NCBI RefSeq assembly: GCF_018977255.1
Contig: NW_024704744.1
Coordinates: forward strand, 80,228,001 to 80,292,000
DNA from: Callorhinchus milii
Lineage: Eukaryota
Reading direction: 5' to 3'
Length of the DNA stretch: 64,000 nucleotides
The notes below the pieces were generated by a model. The model worked only from the letters and a program-made list of their open reading frames with translations, had not been told where the DNA came from and made no database searches. How positions within the stretch are numbered: position 1 is the first letter of the stretch; every line of letters begins with the position of its first letter. Made by a program: the position numbers and the translations under genes. Positions 61,408-64,000 of the stretch are shown piece by piece.

Positions 61408-63579
61408 AGTAGCCAGCAGATGGAGTCAGAGGGCTGTTGAGGCGCCATGTGAAGATATTCGTAATACTGTAATTGTAATCCAGTTTACCTTTAGCTCCCT
61501 GCATGTCAAGAAGATATGTCAATGCACTCTGAACAGCTTCCTGGGCACCCGAGCTGTGTGTGTGGGGTGGGGGTGCGCGGGAGCAAAAAATTGTGTTTGG
61601 GGGTGAGGGGAGGGGACCAAAAGCAATGTCGAAGAGTTAAGCCCCTTCTGCTTGACCAATTTGGGGTTGCTGCCCATTCCCTGTACTCTCCACACCACAT
61701 TTTGTATCCTACATCTCTCACCTCTGCAACTCCCTCCCTCTGCCTCTCCATCTTATCCCCACCTCCTAATAAGTCTCATGGTAAAACTTGCCTCTTCAAT
61801 GCGCCTAGAGCCACCTGTCTTTTCCCTCCTGCTCACCTCGTCCCCCTTGCTTGGGATCCAACCCTGCCCTTGAAAACTGCTCCGAGTTGTTAGCCTTACG
61901 CTACATGAAAGGTTCTATTTCCATGCATATTGCTGAGTTTATAGTCTGGCTAACAATCCTCCTGTAGATTAATTTCTCATTCACCTCACGGCTGTTTGTG
62001 AGCCTGTGCTCTTTTTAAATTGCAACAAAACCAGTCACTACATTTGACAGCAATTACTGTGCAGCGCTTCGAGACATTCCATTGGGAGCAGGCACTGTTA
62101 AAAATGCCAGTTCTTCAGCTACTGTGTGCTGCCTGGACCGTCTGATTGATATTTGGTCTCTCCCTGATTGCTGCTCATGTCCCAGTTAATGAGCTCACTC
62201 TCACTCTCTTGCTCGTGCTGCAAGCAGCAGCGGCTCTTTTACCCAATTGATTTGAAGGATTAATCTGTTTCCTCATCAGTCTGTTTGATTTGCACTCAGA
62301 GCGGCCGAGACGAAGCTCTCCATTTAATTGCTAACATTAGTCTTCGGTTTGATTTGGTTTCTGAGCCTCGACAGTGGAGGTGGAGCTGTCTGAGACTGTG
62401 GGAAGCACTTGTGCCTCATCTCCATAATAGGCCTCCTGTCTGTTGTCAGACTCATTTATCCCTATTTTCTGAAAGATTCCAGCGCACAAACTGTCAACCG
62501 CTGAACTGGAGCATTAACCCTTGCTGGTTCATTCAGCACTTTGCTGCCTCAAACAAAATAAAATATAGCCCACATATCGGTGTACAAATTATATTTGTGC
62601 AAAACCTGTGCATAAATGACAACCGGCTCAGTTGGTAGCCTCTAGGTCAGAAGGTTGTGGGTTCAAGCCTTGCATCGGGGACACAATTGAGGCTTGATGC
62701 TCCAGCGCTGTGATGAATGTGTGCTGCATTATCAGAGCTGTCTTACTTTGGACGTCTAAAGATGTCCAAACCAAGGTCCTGACTGCCTGTCCAGGTGAAT
62801 GTTAAAGATCCTATGACCCGATTTGGGAAGAGAAGGAAGTTTCTCCTGGGGTCCTTGCCAACAATCCCCCAGTTAAATTGCCAATTGTAATTTAATTAAA
62901 AAAGTGGAAGCAGAAAGTGTTGTTTTCAAGAAGAAATTAGATATTATTTTCTAGCAGAAATCTATCTCGGGATACAATATATAGTTTAGGACATGATCTG
63001 TCAAGTGACTGCCAGGATGATGGAAAGCGAAGTGGATGGACCTTGGTTTTCTTTCACCTAGCAAATTCTTACATTCTTAATTGGGTGTTTGTGGGACATT
63101 GCTGCGTAATTTGTAATTGAACACAGAAGCCAAATACACAATCACTACACTGCATAGGAAAAGCTTGTGAATCGTGTTCAATATAATGTGCTACATCAAA
63201 TGCAAGGATTATTGTTATTCGTGTCTGTTTTACTGATTAAGCACAGAGGGAAAAGGATACAGGGAAAAGGATGCCTCACTGCCTGGTGGTGCAGGAGGTA
63301 GAGACAGACACATCTGACTATATTTCTGGATAATTTTTAATAAAAGATACTTGGTTTAATAACAGAGAGAGTTTAAAAGCTCCTGACCCTGTCTAGCGAT
63401 TGTGCTTTAGTTTGTATTACAATACAACAAATAACAATGTCTCTGGGGGACTCCAGGCTCTGACTGAACTGGTTTCATTCATTCTGTAATCAGACTCGGA
63501 GTCCAGAGAGAAGCACAGCCCGAGCACAGCCATTCTGTCACACTCGTACGTCACATACCCAGGAGTGTTGGACACACAG

Positions 63580-64000
63580 TGTTTCTTTCTCTCACACACA
63601 CACACAATCTCTTGTCTCTGACTCACACAAAGTCTCTCTGTCGTTCACTCCCACACATTGTCTCATTCAGCGATTCTCACACTCACAAGCCAACCGTCTC
63701 TCACACCGCATATATATGTTCACACACACACACAAACACACTTTTCATGTTTTTCATGTTCGTGTGCAGACACATGAACAGTCTTTCATATATATTCTCT
63801 CACACACACGGTCTCACACACTTACTAATGCATATATATTCTCCCACATAAGCACACATTCTGTCTCATTCACACACTTACCCTCCTTCACTCACTCTCT
63901 TCCACTCACCTATTCTTTCAAACAGTCACTAACTCATTCCCTCGCTTTCATTCACTCACTCGACCACTGACCAACCCACCCACTCATTCTCTCTCTCAAA
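63580..64000. repeat. CA/CT-rich low-complexity sequence
   Basis: Degenerate (CA)n and (CACT)n. Confidence 0.7.

Overview
Vertebrate genomic DNA. The repeat content (tRNA-headed Deu-type SINEs sharing an L2 tail, L2 and CR1 LINEs, Penelope-type termini) suggests a cartilaginous fish, possibly a chimaera; this is an inference. Five protein-coding genes were reconstructed by hand from splice sites and family homology: a 21-exon calpain-2-like gene (+, 6021-24241), RNF8 (-, about 25096-29314), an intronless MGAT2-like gene (+, 32183-33445), CMTR1 (+, 23 exons, 36735-56271) and CCDC167 (-, 57913-60393). The top observation is that the MGAT2-like ORF is intact and keeps its structural motifs, but both Mn2+ ligands and several donor-binding residues are substituted. 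This makes it a candidate Golgi pseudo-glycosyltransferase paralogue. Other observations: Penelope-type minimal hammerhead cores, a GC-AG intron before a 12-nt microexon and a U12-type intron in the calpain, a 10-aa repeat expansion in RNF8, a perfect 34-bp hairpin in a CMTR1 intron, and tandem arrays next to most first exons. Most long ORFs in the supplied track are artefacts of low-complexity repeats. Human residue numbers, exon sizes and synteny are recalled, not computed.
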